A DNA stretch of 64,000 nt, from positions 6,368 to 70,367 of the forward strand of contig JAEZQD010000152.1 in NCBI GenBank assembly GCA_023413185.1. Reading direction: 5' to 3'. Position numbers and translations under genes: made by a program. The stretch comes from Bacillota bacterium. GTDB taxonomy: Bacteria; Bacillota; Clostridia; Oscillospirales; Ruminococcaceae. Of this stretch, positions 1-10,116 are shown piece by piece (positions within the stretch are counted from its first letter, which is position 1; the number at the start of each line of letters is the position of its first letter). The notes under the pieces are model-generated. The model was not told the origin of the DNA. It did not search any database and saw nothing but the letters and a program-made list of their open reading frames with translations.

Positions 1-69
1 CGCGCGTGCGGCATAGATTGCAGCCGATATCCCTGCAGGGCCGCTGCCCAGTACCAAAACGTCCGCCAT
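1..69 (-). CDS. Thioredoxin-reductase-like FAD-dependent oxidoreductase, N-terminal fragment (runs off window start)
   Basis: Manual translation from ATG at 69: MADVLVLGSGPAGISAAIYAARA, with the GxGPAG FAD-binding motif and AAIYAAR typical of TrxB. Confidence 0.75.
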   Translation of the reverse strand, partial: MADVLVLGSGPAGISAAIYAARA

Positions 70-418
70 ACAAACACCGTCCCTATCATAATAATACTTT
101 GGCATTCGCCCAAAATGGGCAAAGATGCTTCTGCTAAAAGTCTGTTCTATTATATCCTGTCTTGTGCGCTAACTACAGTGATTGTATCACAAAAGCCACA
201 ACCCGTCACGCGCTTTTGGCAGATATCTGGGGGCTGCGCCCGGACGATGGGTGAATCAATTTACAACATACGAGCCCAATGGATAAAAAACAGATGAAAA
301 TCGTGCGCTTTCCTTGACAAGAGCCAGTAAATGCGAGAAAATATAATGTATTGTCATGCAGGCAAACTGCTTGCAGGATAACCAATCGACACCCAAAGAA
401 GAAAGGAAGAGTAATTTT

Positions 419-1240
419 ATGAAAAGGATACTTGGTATTGTACTTGCGGCATGCATGCTGCTTGCTGCTACGGCTTCGCTTACCGCCTGCGCGGGGAACA
501 CAGGCGGCGATCTGCGCGTTGGCATGGAGTGCGGCTACGCGCCCTTTAACTGGACTCAGGTAGACGACTCCAACGGCGCGGTTGCCATCGAGGGCGGCGG
601 CTATGCCGGTGGCTACGATGTAGAGATTGCAAAGATCATTGCCGAAAAGCTCGGCAGAAAGCTTGTAATCGTTAAAACCGAATGGGGTGGATTGCCCACA
701 GCGGTACAGTCCGGCACCATCGATCTCATCATCGCGGGCATGAGCCCCACCGCAGAGCGCAGAGAAAGTATTGATTTTACAGATAAGTACTATACTTCCG
801 ACCTTGTTATGGTTGTGAAAAAGGGCGGCGCGTTTGAAGGCGCAAAGAGCATTCAGGACTTTGCGGGTGCTAAAATTACCGCACAGCTCGGCACCTTCCA
901 CTATACCGTTATTGAGCAGATTAACGGCGTAAACCTGCTAGAAGCAATGGACGATTTCAGCGCGATGCGCGTTGCGCTCGAGTCGGGCATCATCGACGGC
1001 TATGTATCCGAGCGTCCCGAGGGCATTTCTGCTTCTCTGGCAAATGCCAATCTTACCATGGTCGGCTTTGAGGGCGGTGGTGGCTTTGAAACCACTCCCG
1101 ATGACGTAGCCATTGCGGTCGGCGTTAAAAAGGGTAGCGCGCTGACTGAAAAGATTAATAAGATTCTCAGCGAGGTTTCTGAGGAAAAACGTGCGGAACT
1201 GATGGAGAACGCCATCAAAGGTCAGGATATAGCGCAGTAA
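419..1240 (+). CDS. Polar amino-acid ABC transporter substrate-binding lipoprotein
   Basis: Lipobox LTAC; GMECGYAPF, GYDVEIA and IAGMSPTAER motifs of SBP family 3; RBS GAAAGGAAG before ATG 419. Confidence 0.92.
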   Translation: MKRILGIVLAACMLLAATASLTACAGNTGGDLRVGMECGYAPFNWTQVDDSNGAVAIEGGGYAGGYDVEIAKIIAEKLGRKLVIVKTEWGGLPTAVQSGTIDLIIAGMSPTAERRESIDFTDKYYTSDLVMVVKKGGAFEGAKSIQDFAGAKITAQLGTFHYTVIEQINGVNLLEAMDDFSAMRVALESGIIDGYVSERPEGISASLANANLTMVGFEGGGGFETTPDDVAIAVGVKKGSALTEKINKILSEVSEEKRAELMENAIKGQDIAQ

Positions 1241-1292
1241 CTCAACCAGCTGATCACTGCTACCTTCGTTAAATAGAAAGGAGCCATTCATC

Positions 1293-2090
1293 ATGCTACT
1301 ATCAGCTGCCACTGCAGTTGTCGAAAAAGGGTTCTGGGATTGGGTCGCTCAAATCTGGACCGTGTACTGGCCGCTGTTTCTCAGGGGCATGGGCATCACC
1401 CTGCTTATCGCCATAACAGGCACCATCATCGGCTCGGTCATCGGTCTGATTGTCGGTGTAATCCGTACCGTGCCCGTAGGACAAAGAGACCCTTCCTTCA
1501 AACGGGGGCTGCTGCGTGTGGTGAATGCGCTGCTTTCGGTATACATAGAGGTTTTTCGCGGCACGCCTATGATCGTACAGGCGATGGTGATCTACTACGG
1601 TGCAGCCTTTGCGGGTGTGCGCATGGATACGACCCTAGCGGGTGTGATTATCGTGTCCGTTAACACCGGCGCGTATATGGCAGAGATTGTGCGCGGCGGC
1701 ATCCTTTCGGTGGATAAGGGGCAGTTTGAGGCTGCCCACTCCATCGGTATGAACCATTTTCAAACCATGACCAGTATTGTCATGCCACAGGTTATCCGCA
1801 ACATTCTGCCCGCTACGGGCAACGAGTTTGTCATCAACATTAAGGATACCTCGGTGCTTAACGTCATCTCGGTCAGCGAGCTGTTCTTCGCGTCCAAAAC
1901 CGTGTCTACCACAACGTATCAGTACTTTCCGACGTTCTTTATCACCTGCATCATCTACTTTGTTATGACCTTTACCGTTACCCGTATCCTCCGTTTTGTG
2001 GAACGCAAAATGGACGGAGCGGACAGCTATACCATCCACGGCTCCCAGACCACGCCGGAGCAGGAGATGAAGGTAAGGGGGACGTTGTGA
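1293..2090 (+). CDS. Amino-acid ABC transporter permease
   Basis: FRGTPMIVQ and [17 protein letters not shown] (EAA loop); several TM segments. Confidence 0.93.
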   Translation: MLLSAATAVVEKGFWDWVAQIWTVYWPLFLRGMGITLLIAITGTIIGSVIGLIVGVIRTVPVGQRDPSFKRGLLRVVNALLSVYIEVFRGTPMIVQAMVIYYGAAFAGVRMDTTLAGVIIVSVNTGAYMAEIVRGGILSVDKGQFEAAHSIGMNHFQTMTSIVMPQVIRNILPATGNEFVINIKDTSVLNVISVSELFFASKTVSTTTYQYFPTFFITCIIYFVMTFTVTRILRFVERKMDGADSYTIHGSQTTPEQEMKVRGTL

Positions 2091-2824
2091 TGAAGGTTAT
2101 CGAGGTAAAACACCTAGAAAAGAAGTTTGGCGAGAACGTGGTTCTAAGGGACATCAACCTGGATGTTTACAAGGGCGAGGTGGTCTGCGTCATCGGCTCA
2201 AGCGGCTCGGGCAAGAGCACACTGTTGCGCTGCATCAACCTGCTTGAGGAACCCACCGGCGGCGAGATTACCTACCACGGCGAAAACGTGCTATCCAGCC
2301 GGCTTTCGCGTACCGAGTATCGCACCAAGCTAGGCATGGTGTTTCAGCAGTTTAACCTGTTTAACAACCTCACAGCGCTGGATAACTGCACCGTAGGGCA
2401 GATTAAGGTGTTAAAGCGCGACAAAAAAGAAGCCGAGCAGACCGCGATGAGGTACCTTGACCTGGTGGGGATGTCGCAGTACATCAACGCGCGCCCAGCC
2501 CAGCTTTCGGGTGGGCAGAAGCAGCGTGTCGCGATTGCGCGCGCCCTTTCCATGGAGCCTGACGCATTGCTGTTTGACGAACCGACCAGCGCCCTTGACC
2601 CCGAGATGGTGGGCGAGGTGCTGAAGGTAATGAAGACCCTTGCAAGCAGCGGGCTTACCATGATGGTGGTCACCCACGAGATGGACTTTGCACGAGAGGT
2701 CGCAAACCGCGTGCTGTTTATGGACAAGGGCGTGATTGTGGAGGACGCTCCCCCCGAGGAGATCTTTACAAACCCCAAAAACGACCGCACCAAGGAGTTC
2801 TTAAAAAGAACCTTGGAACGCTAA
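2087..2824 (+). CDS. Amino-acid ABC transporter ATP-binding protein (GlnQ-like)
   Basis: Walker [35 protein letters not shown]. Confidence 0.95.
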   Translation: MMKVIEVKHLEKKFGENVVLRDINLDVYKGEVVCVIGSSGSGKSTLLRCINLLEEPTGGEITYHGENVLSSRLSRTEYRTKLGMVFQQFNLFNNLTALDNCTVGQIKVLKRDKKEAEQTAMRYLDLVGMSQYINARPAQLSGGQKQRVAIARALSMEPDALLFDEPTSALDPEMVGEVLKVMKTLASSGLTMMVVTHEMDFAREVANRVLFMDKGVIVEDAPPEEIFTNPKNDRTKEFLKRTLER

Positions 2825-2846
2825 ATGGCACAATGCTACTGCAAAA

Positions 2847-2882
2847 CGAACCCCCGAGCGGCTGACCGTTCGGGGGTTTGCT
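2847..2882. terminator. Intrinsic terminator between convergent genes
   Basis: AACCCCCGAGCGG-ctga-CCGTTCGGGGGTT hairpin after the ABC ATPase stop. Confidence 0.7.
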
Positions 2883-2977
2883 TATCCTTGTATAACCTTC
2901 TTGAAGCCGCTATATCACTAACGGCAAGCAGGCATCTGCAGTATTTCATGTAAAACCTGCCTTTTTCCTGCACGGGT

Positions 2978-3355
2978 TCATTTACCTGTACCGGCAATCT
3001 CAGACTGTGCCTTCTTGCTCAGCGAAGTTAGCAGCAGGCGGTAAGAACGGTCGATCATCTCCCGCATCAGCTCGTCGGGCACCTTGCCCTCAAGGTAAAC
3101 CGAGCTCCAGTGCACCTTGTTTAAGTAGTACCCGGGGATGATATCACCGTTACTAGTTGAACGCACAAACTCCCCAAACTCCGGCTCCAGCTTTAGGCTA
3201 AAGATGGGTCTGCCCGTTTTGTCGCCGCCAAGCATCGCAAACATCTTGCCGCGCAGCAGATAGCGCACCGCGTTCCATTCGGCTTTAAAGTCCTTCTCCG
3301 CACCCGGCTTTGCCAGGCAGTAGTCGTCTATCCATTCGTATGGCGCTATCAGCAT
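2978..3355 (-). CDS. MmcQ/YjbR family protein
   Basis: YCLAKPGAEKDF, GKMFA, LKLEPE, PGYYLNKVHW motifs; RBS GGAGG before ATG 3355. Confidence 0.85.
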   Translation of the reverse strand: MLIAPYEWIDDYCLAKPGAEKDFKAEWNAVRYLLRGKMFAMLGGDKTGRPIFSLKLEPEFGEFVRSTSNGDIIPGYYLNKVHWSSVYLEGKVPDELMREMIDRSYRLLLTSLSKKAQSEIAGTGK

Positions 3356-3621
3356 GTTGTCGCCTCCGTTAACCAGGTTTGGCACTGTGCAATGCGTTTA
3401 CCGTCGTCTCCCTGCTCCTTGTCATACGCAAATTCATTGAGCTGTGCACAAGCAAACGAAGCGCATTGCCCGCAGTGTTCATGCTCCTTTTGCTCGCAGC
3501 AATGTTTAACGGGGCAGCTCTCGCCCCAAAACGGCTTGTCCATGGCGGTACAGCCCTTGCAACCCATCTGCTCCCTGTAGGTACATTCGCTGCAGAGGAT
3601 TCCACATCGCGACTCAATCAT
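3349..3621 (-). CDS. DUF3795-like Cys-rich small protein
   Basis: CGILCSEC..CKGC..CPVKHCC..HCGQC..FAC pattern. Confidence 0.75.
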   Translation of the reverse strand: MIESRCGILCSECTYREQMGCKGCTAMDKPFWGESCPVKHCCEQKEHEHCGQCASFACAQLNEFAYDKEQGDDGKRIAQCQTWLTEATTC

Positions 3622-3672
3622 AGATATACCCATCCCTTTCTGGTGCCCTGTAATATTAAGTTTTATGATACA

Positions 3673-4494
3673 TCAGAACTTGTTCGTTTCATTGTAAAAA
3701 TCGGACATATTGTTTAAAAACGCACTGGGGGCTATGCCGCACACCTCACGGAACTCGCGAATAAAATGCGATTGATCATAGTACCCCGCATGCAATGCGC
3801 ATTCGGTCAACGTCAAGTCGCGCCGCTGAATGAGCAGCATGGCTTTGTTTATTCGAAAAAGCTGCAGGCAGTTTTTTGCACTGATGCCGATTTCGCTGTA
3901 AAACAGACGGTTAAGATGCCGCTCGCTGTAACACATCGCATCCGCAAGCTGTTTTACAGTGGCTGAGGGAACAGCGGCTTGCATTAAGGGGGCTACCATG
4001 CACGGGTTTGCTAACGACGTTTTGGATAAAATCGAAAGAAACAGTGTGTCGAGCAGCCTTATCAGCTCGCATTCATCCTGCGCGCGGTTTATAATCTCTC
4101 TTAATGCGAAATCCAGTGCTGGCAGGCAGTCGCCAAGGGGGACGATGTGATCTACAAACTCCTGCTGGGGATATCCTGTTAACCGGTGCGCTCCGCCCGG
4201 TAAAAACTCCACAAACAGGTGGCAACGCGAAACGCCCTCCTGCGTACCCACAACCACGGTCTTTGTGGTTGGTCCCCACAGCAAGGTGACGAGATTGTGC
4301 TCCTCAATGCAGCAAACAATACAGCCGCTTACGTCCGGTACAAGGGTAAGCGGCTGAGATATATACGTGTAGTATGGTTCCATGACGGTGTAGTGGGCGA
4401 TATAAGGGCGCAACAGGGCATGGGGGGTCAGAAAACGGCGTGGTATGCCGTTTTTTTGAATATCAAAAGATAATAAATACGCCTGTTTTGGCAT
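3673..4494 (-). CDS. AraC-family transcriptional regulator
   Basis: C-terminal YSERHLNRLF...GYYDQSHFIREFREVCG HTH signature. Confidence 0.9.
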   Translation of the reverse strand: MPKQAYLLSFDIQKNGIPRRFLTPHALLRPYIAHYTVMEPYYTYISQPLTLVPDVSGCIVCCIEEHNLVTLLWGPTTKTVVVGTQEGVSRCHLFVEFLPGGAHRLTGYPQQEFVDHIVPLGDCLPALDFALREIINRAQDECELIRLLDTLFLSILSKTSLANPCMVAPLMQAAVPSATVKQLADAMCYSERHLNRLFYSEIGISAKNCLQLFRINKAMLLIQRRDLTLTECALHAGYYDQSHFIREFREVCGIAPSAFLNNMSDFYNETNKF

Positions 4495-4513
4495 AGGGCA
4501 TGCCTCCCGGATG

Positions 4514-5836
4514 TTATCGTCTCATCGGCGGACGGGGGGAGCCTTGTTCCTTTTCCATATCCCCGCGCATGCGTCGGCGTTTTTCATCGAGCATACGCAG
4601 CTTCTTCTTTCGGTAACGCATCATGTTTATCTGCCGAACAATCACCAGTAGTATAAACAGCCCCACAATGACGCCCAGAATGCCGAGCAGTACGGTTACC
4701 CATCCGGGCGCCGCGCCTTTTTCGGTCACGGCCTTATCCGCCACCAGATCAACCGAAAGCAGCAGTTCGTTTTCATACAGGATATCGGCTATGCCCACCA
4801 CATCTCCCTTGCGAACGGTGGTGGTTATTGCCGCGGGAACACGGCACAGAACATACACATCATCGACTACCGCAGACTTGGGGATCACCGAATCAAGCTT
4901 TTTAGAAAGGGAGAGGGGCAACGAATCCTGCATAAAGCCCTCGCCGACGGGAACCTCCGTCACCGGCTCATCCGCCTTTGGCGATTGAACCAGCTTACAG
5001 GTGGAGAGTGCCCATTCAAACAGACCCTTTGCGTCGGTATATACAGAGCCGTCGCCGCCGGAGGGTGCCCCCAGCAAAACCAACAGCAGCTTCATGCCGT
5101 TTTGTTCCATTACACAAACCAGGTTTGTCGTGCCGTCCGGACCGACGCTGTATTTGATGCCCCGAGCCCCTTCTAGGTAGGTCAGCTCGTCCGCGGCATT
5201 TTCAACCCCGTTCTCGTTTTCTATCGTATCCTCTTCATGTGTGTCCGAGGAGGGAATGCGATACGCGCCCTCGCCCGCAATCGACATGTAGAGTTCGTTT
5301 TGGTAGGCCTTGCTCGCTATCATGGCCATATCACGCGCAGTGGTGTAATTGTTTGAGGTATCCTCCCCGCTTGCGTCCGAAAAGTTGGTGGATTTCGTGC
5401 CTAGTCCCCGCGCGCGTTCGTTTAAGCGTGATATAAATTTGTTCTGGTCACCGCCGCCCACCGTAAAGGCAATCAGCTGCGCTGCCTGCGTGTTGGAGTC
5501 CAAAACGATATATCGCAGCAGCTGATCCATCGTATAGCTTGTTTCGCTCTCTTCGCCGTTGTCAAGCGTAATGGGGGATGCCACATCGGCTAAAAGGTCC
5601 TCGGTTTCTTCTATGGCAAGCAGCGCAGTTAACATCTGTGTTAACGAATGGGAGGCGGCACGGTCATCCGGCGCTTTCTCGTAAATGATATCGCCGCAAC
5701 CAAGCTCTATCAAAAACACATTGGAGCTTGCAGCTTCAAACGCAGGCTTATGTACAAAGGGCTTGCTCTGTTTTGCACAGCCTGCAAACAAAAACACACT
5801 AGCAAAAAACAAGCAGATCATTCGCTTAAATAACAT
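4514..5836 (-). CDS. D-alanyl-D-alanine carboxypeptidase (peptidase S11/DacA)-like protein with degenerate catalytic motifs
   Basis: Overall S11 layout (IIYEK, YTTARDMAMIA, PBP5-like C-domain); lipobox FAGC and a C-terminal TM helix; SxxK reads SLTQ, KTG reads KYS. Confidence 0.8.
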   Translation of the reverse strand: MLFKRMICLFFASVFLFAGCAKQSKPFVHKPAFEAASSNVFLIELGCGDIIYEKAPDDRAASHSLTQMLTALLAIEETEDLLADVASPITLDNGEESETSYTMDQLLRYIVLDSNTQAAQLIAFTVGGGDQNKFISRLNERARGLGTKSTNFSDASGEDTSNNYTTARDMAMIASKAYQNELYMSIAGEGAYRIPSSDTHEEDTIENENGVENAADELTYLEGARGIKYSVGPDGTTNLVCVMEQNGMKLLLVLLGAPSGGDGSVYTDAKGLFEWALSTCKLVQSPKADEPVTEVPVGEGFMQDSLPLSLSKKLDSVIPKSAVVDDVYVLCRVPAAITTTVRKGDVVGIADILYENELLLSVDLVADKAVTEKGAAPGWVTVLLGILGVIVGLFILLVIVRQINMMRYRKKKLRMLDEKRRRMRGDMEKEQGSPRPPMRR

Positions 5837-6286
5837 GATAATCCCTCCACGCAGTAATCGGCGTAAAGCCGTGCTATATACAATCATTTATTCTGCATTG
5901 CGGTATCAAGCCAATTGCCTAATTAAAACCATTATAGCAGATAATAGCTGATTAATATAGTGTCGCAAATCGGCTAAATCCCTGCATTTTTATATGAGCA
6001 CAGCAAGAGATAAAGCAAAAAACACAAGAATAATTTCGATTAAACCAAAGGGGGAATTAAAGGTGAATTATTCTAGTAAATATGGTATAATATTTGCAAC
6101 AGACCACCACTTTGTGATAAAAAAACCATCAAAGTGACATACATACAGGGTGTATTGTCGTTACAGGCAGTAGCAAAACAGCTTAAGTTATGGGCGTTTT
6201 TGCCGATATGTATAACAGAGTATAACCTTGTGAAAAAACAGGTTTTGATAAAGTCAGCGGTATCGCCGACACGGAGGTGAGCGGGT

Positions 6287-9200
6287 ATGAAACAATACGC
6301 GCGAATAGGTATAATTGCGATAGCTTTTGCGGTACTATTGACAACAGTTGCGCCGCTGTTAACGGTTTATTCAGCCGACGCCACAAACAATTGGCTGCAT
6401 TTTAAGCGCGACGGCAAAACATCCACACAGGTTACTATTGTTGAGGGGCGCGGCGTGGACTTGGTTCACAGTAAGCCGGCAAACCTGTACCTTAGCCGTC
6501 TGATAATTCGCGACAGCAATAACAACGAGGTTCCGTCAAACACGGTGTGGATTAACGAAACCAACGACACGCTCAACGCGGCGCTGGGTGTCAGCGGCGT
6601 GTATACGATTGTGGGCGATTACTATACCCTAAACGCAACCGGAGATGCGGTTTTTTACTACTATTACGAACCCACAGAAGCGGTTAAAACCGAGGCGCGT
6701 GTAACCAGCGACCAAAACAACCTCATTAAGCAGGACAGTACCATTGCCATTAAGGCGGATACAGTACCTTCGGGAATCCCTTCTTTCTCGATAATTAACT
6801 CCGGCGGACGCGTGCCGACCGGTGCGTTTGCGGAGTTCGACTCGGTCACCTCCTCTAGAGGAAACCTGGTTAATAATGAATGGGTCTACAACCTCACATT
6901 CCGTAAGGGGACCAGCTCGCTGACCATACAGCTGATTACCCCCTACGAAATTACCCAAAACAGTGAGTTTGATATTAGCTTTACCACAGAAAAATCCGAC
7001 ACACTTGTGGTGTCGATAAAAAGCAAAGAAGACATGGTAGGCGACATTAAACGGGCGCTCAGCAACCCGGACCAGCGCGACCCGTACATGACGTTTGCCG
7101 ACTATAACGACCTTGACTACATAACCGAAAACTTCTTGCTGATTAAAAAGGCTATGGTATACGGTGTAGAGGTCAACTTTACATGGGGCTGGGACGACCC
7201 GATATCGGGCACTGAAAACCCGGTCATATCCATTTCCAATCCGCTCATCTCCACCCACTACACCGCCAAGGTAACGCGGCGGGAAGAGGATGTTGTGGGC
7301 ACACTGACCGCAAACATTGTTTACCTGCCGGCAGGAACCGTGGAGGGAGACCCTACGGCGTACCGGGAGGAGCACCCACTGCGCGTTGTGGTGAAGGGCA
7401 AGGGAATGCCGCCCGGGGTGCATATTGTAACCCAAGTTGATGAGGGTGGAATCCCCGTCACCACCGTCCCTATCTCGGCCACACCAGTTTGGCTTGATCT
7501 ATATGACGGCTCGGTGCCGGGGCACAATATGCAAACGGGCGCGTACCACCCCTTGTTTTTGCACCTAAAGTACGGCGCACGCGGCGGCAGAGCCGACTAC
7601 GCCACCATCACCACCTCCAACAACAACATCCTATCGGCTAACTATACGGGAACCACCGCAGGCAGCTATCAGGATCTATACGCGTGGAATTCTCGCTTGC
7701 TTAACCCGAGCTCCAACGAGGCGTACGAGGGTGTTGTTGGGTTAAAGCTATACCCAAAACAAGTGGGTACGACGGTCGTCACCGTTCGTTACTATGCGTC
7801 CACCCCCACCACAGAGCTGTTAATCAGCGAGGTAAAGTTTAACGCGCAGGTGGTGGATTCTTCCCCCAACAAGGATTCTTCGCTCAAGAGCCTTGAGCTT
7901 TTTGAGATAGACACGCAGGGCAACAGCACCCCTGCCACCGGCTTGGTATTCAACCCGAACACCAAAAGCTATGCCCTCTCGGTGGGCAACTGGGTGGAGT
8001 CGGTTCGATTCCGTGCAACCAAGACCGATACCAGGGCAAGCTCGGATATCATCGTTAAGTGCGACGGTGAGGTGATAGACACCATCCGCTCGGGCGTAAC
8101 CAGCCCTGTTTATGCGATTTCGGTGCCGGACAACCCGAATAAGACCACGTTTACCTTTGAACTGATTGTCACGGCCGAAAATCTCACCCAGACCACCTAT
8201 CAGGTTTACGTCGAGCGCCTGCCTGAAAGCAACGATACGGCGCTGAAGAACTTTACGGTGCGTGACAAAAAGGGCAACACGCTGCCCTACTTTCGAATAG
8301 GCAACGCCCAGAACAAGACGTTTGACCCGAACGTTCGGGATTATGGCATGGAGCTTGCGTATAACATCAAGGAGATAACGATTGAAACCGCCACCTCTCA
8401 CTTGAAATCGGTGGTTACGATTACCCCCGAACCGCAGGAGACTGGCAACTGGTTTGACCGCAACAAATACATCACGTTTGCCGACGATGTGGCGACACAG
8501 CTTGTTACCATCACGGTGACGGCGGAGGACGGCAGCACAAATGATTACCGGCTGATGATTGCGCGACAGGCACCGGCGAGCGACTCAATGCTGCAATCCA
8601 TCGTCATAAAAGACCACACCACGAAAACCGTGGATTTTGCGTTTGATACCTATGTGGAAAGCTACGAGACTGTACTGGTGGATAACTCGGTGCGATTTGT
8701 CACGGTGTACCCCACCGCGCGCAGTGCCTACGCCACCGTTTTGGTGAACAACGAAAACGTTACCCCGCAAAGCGGCTATCGAATTGACCTAGATGTTGAG
8801 ATCGCAGCGCCGGTATCCATTCGGGTTACCGCCGAGGACGGCAGAACCACTACAACCTATTCGCTGTCGATTAAACGCCTTGCGCCAAGCACCGACGCAA
8901 CACTAATGGGACTAAAGGTGGGGACACTTGCCCTAACGCCTTTGTTCTCATCGACGCACATCAACTATACCGCTACCGCAAATGAGAGCACCACCGCACT
9001 TTCGGTGACTCCTACTGCGACCCACAGGAATGCAACCATTACTGTGGACGGAGTAACGGTGCGCAGCGGTACGGCAAGTGCCTCTATACAGCTTTCGGAG
9101 GTTACAACGATTACCGTGGTGGTAACCGCAGAGGACAGAATAACCAGGAAAACTTATACCGTCACCATCACCAACGACGCGCTGCGTATTCGCAGTACCA

Positions 9201-10102
9201 ATGCGGACCTAAAGAGCCTTACGGTCAACGAGGGGGATATGTCGCCAGCCTTCAAGAGCTCGATATCCACCTATAACTTGCCGGTGGATTCGACGGTGGA
9301 TTACATCGACATCATCCCTGTTCCCGCCGATACGCGTGCGAAGGTTGCCGTTAAGCTTGGCTCCAAATACATCGGAGACTATACGGGCAACTTTTCAGAG
9401 GCGCTTAAGAACGGCAACAACAAGTTCTCCATCGAGGTAACGGCGGATGACGGAAAGACCAAAAAAACCTACACCCTTACCGTAAACCGTTCCGCCAGCG
9501 GACAGGGCAGCGGTATGAGCCCCATAAGCACCGATCAGGTGGATTTTAAAAAGTCCAAAACCATCTATATCGATATTACCAAATACACCATGGTCTCGTC
9601 CGCGCTGTTCAAGGAGCTTGAAAAGTACCCCGATACAACAATCATATTCCAAGGCACCGACTATTCGCTAACCTTCAAGGGGGCGGACATCAATACGATT
9701 ATTCCGTTTGCCGAGACCTACAACTTCGCAATGAGCTTTACATCCCCCAATGAGGATAAGATTCTCTCAATGCTCAACGAATCGGATGCCGCAAGACCAC
9801 TGGTGTTTTTATACTTTAAGCACCACGGGGTACTGCCCGCCGCTGCCACGCTACGCGTAGACCTTGGGCTGAGGTACAAAAACGAGACGTTGCACCTGCA
9901 TTACTACAACCCCACAATGGACCGCATTGAATACTACGGCACGGTAAAGGCAAATGCCCGCGGCAGCATTGCATTTCGTGTTGACCATTTCTCCGACTAT
10001 CTCTTAGCGGGTAAACGCTTGAATGGCTCGGTGGATAAATCAAAGGAGGTCAACATTGGGGTCAGCGATGCAGAGAAGGTTAACCCCGATACCGGCCGCT
10101 GA
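6287..10102 (+). CDS. Large secreted surface protein with five cadherin-like beta-sandwich repeats and C-terminal NPDTG sorting motif
   Basis: Signal peptide; five repeats of form L..L...P.F....Y...VTA(E/D)(D/N)...Y.(V/L); ends HFSDYLL...KVNPDTGR-stop; directly upstream of a sortase. Confidence 0.85.
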   Translation: MKQYARIGIIAIAFAVLLTTVAPLLTVYSADATNNWLHFKRDGKTSTQVTIVEGRGVDLVHSKPANLYLSRLIIRDSNNNEVPSNTVWINETNDTLNAALGVSGVYTIVGDYYTLNATGDAVFYYYYEPTEAVKTEARVTSDQNNLIKQDSTIAIKADTVPSGIPSFSIINSGGRVPTGAFAEFDSVTSSRGNLVNNEWVYNLTFRKGTSSLTIQLITPYEITQNSEFDISFTTEKSDTLVVSIKSKEDMVGDIKRALSNPDQRDPYMTFADYNDLDYITENFLLIKKAMVYGVEVNFTWGWDDPISGTENPVISISNPLISTHYTAKVTRREEDVVGTLTANIVYLPAGTVEGDPTAYREEHPLRVVVKGKGMPPGVHIVTQVDEGGIPVTTVPISATPVWLDLYDGSVPGHNMQTGAYHPLFLHLKYGARGGRADYATITTSNNNILSANYTGTTAGSYQDLYAWNSRLLNPSSNEAYEGVVGLKLYPKQVGTTVVTVRYYASTPTTELLISEVKFNAQVVDSSPNKDSSLKSLELFEIDTQGNSTPATGLVFNPNTKSYALSVGNWVESVRFRATKTDTRASSDIIVKCDGEVIDTIRSGVTSPVYAISVPDNPNKTTFTFELIVTAENLTQTTYQVYVERLPESNDTALKNFTVRDKKGNTLPYFRIGNAQNKTFDPNVRDYGMELAYNIKEITIETATSHLKSVVTITPEPQETGNWFDRNKYITFADDVATQLVTITVTAEDGSTNDYRLMIARQAPASDSMLQSIVIKDHTTKTVDFAFDTYVESYETVLVDNSVRFVTVYPTARSAYATVLVNNENVTPQSGYRIDLDVEIAAPVSIRVTAEDGRTTTTYSLSIKRLAPSTDATLMGLKVGTLALTPLFSSTHINYTATANESTTALSVTPTATHRNATITVDGVTVRSGTASASIQLSEVTTITVVVTAEDRITRKTYTVTITNDALRIRSTNADLKSLTVNEGDMSPAFKSSISTYNLPVDSTVDYIDIIPVPADTRAKVAVKLGSKYIGDYTGNFSEALKNGNNKFSIEVTADDGKTKKTYTLTVNRSASGQGSGMSPISTDQVDFKKSKTIYIDITKYTMVSSALFKELEKYPDTTIIFQGTDYSLTFKGADINTIIPFAETYNFAMSFTSPNEDKILSMLNESDAARPLVFLYFKHHGVLPAAATLRVDLGLRYKNETLHLHYYNPTMDRIEYYGTVKANARGSIAFRVDHFSDYLLAGKRLNGSVDKSKEVNIGVSDAEKVNPDTGR

Positions 10103-10116
10103 AGGAGGAACGCTCC

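Noticed and set aside
70..418. T-box or riboswitch leader for the amino-acid ABC operon
   Set aside because: No T-box core (AAGGTGGTACCGCG-like) or recognisable aptamer and terminator found
5890..6286. c-di-GMP riboswitch upstream of the adhesin
   Set aside because: Some small hairpins but no GEMM consensus recognisable by eye
10097..10116. Frameshift or nonsense truncation removing the adhesin TM anchor
   Set aside because: Only 14 nt, containing the sortase RBS, separate the stop from the next start; no remnant hydrophobic coding segment
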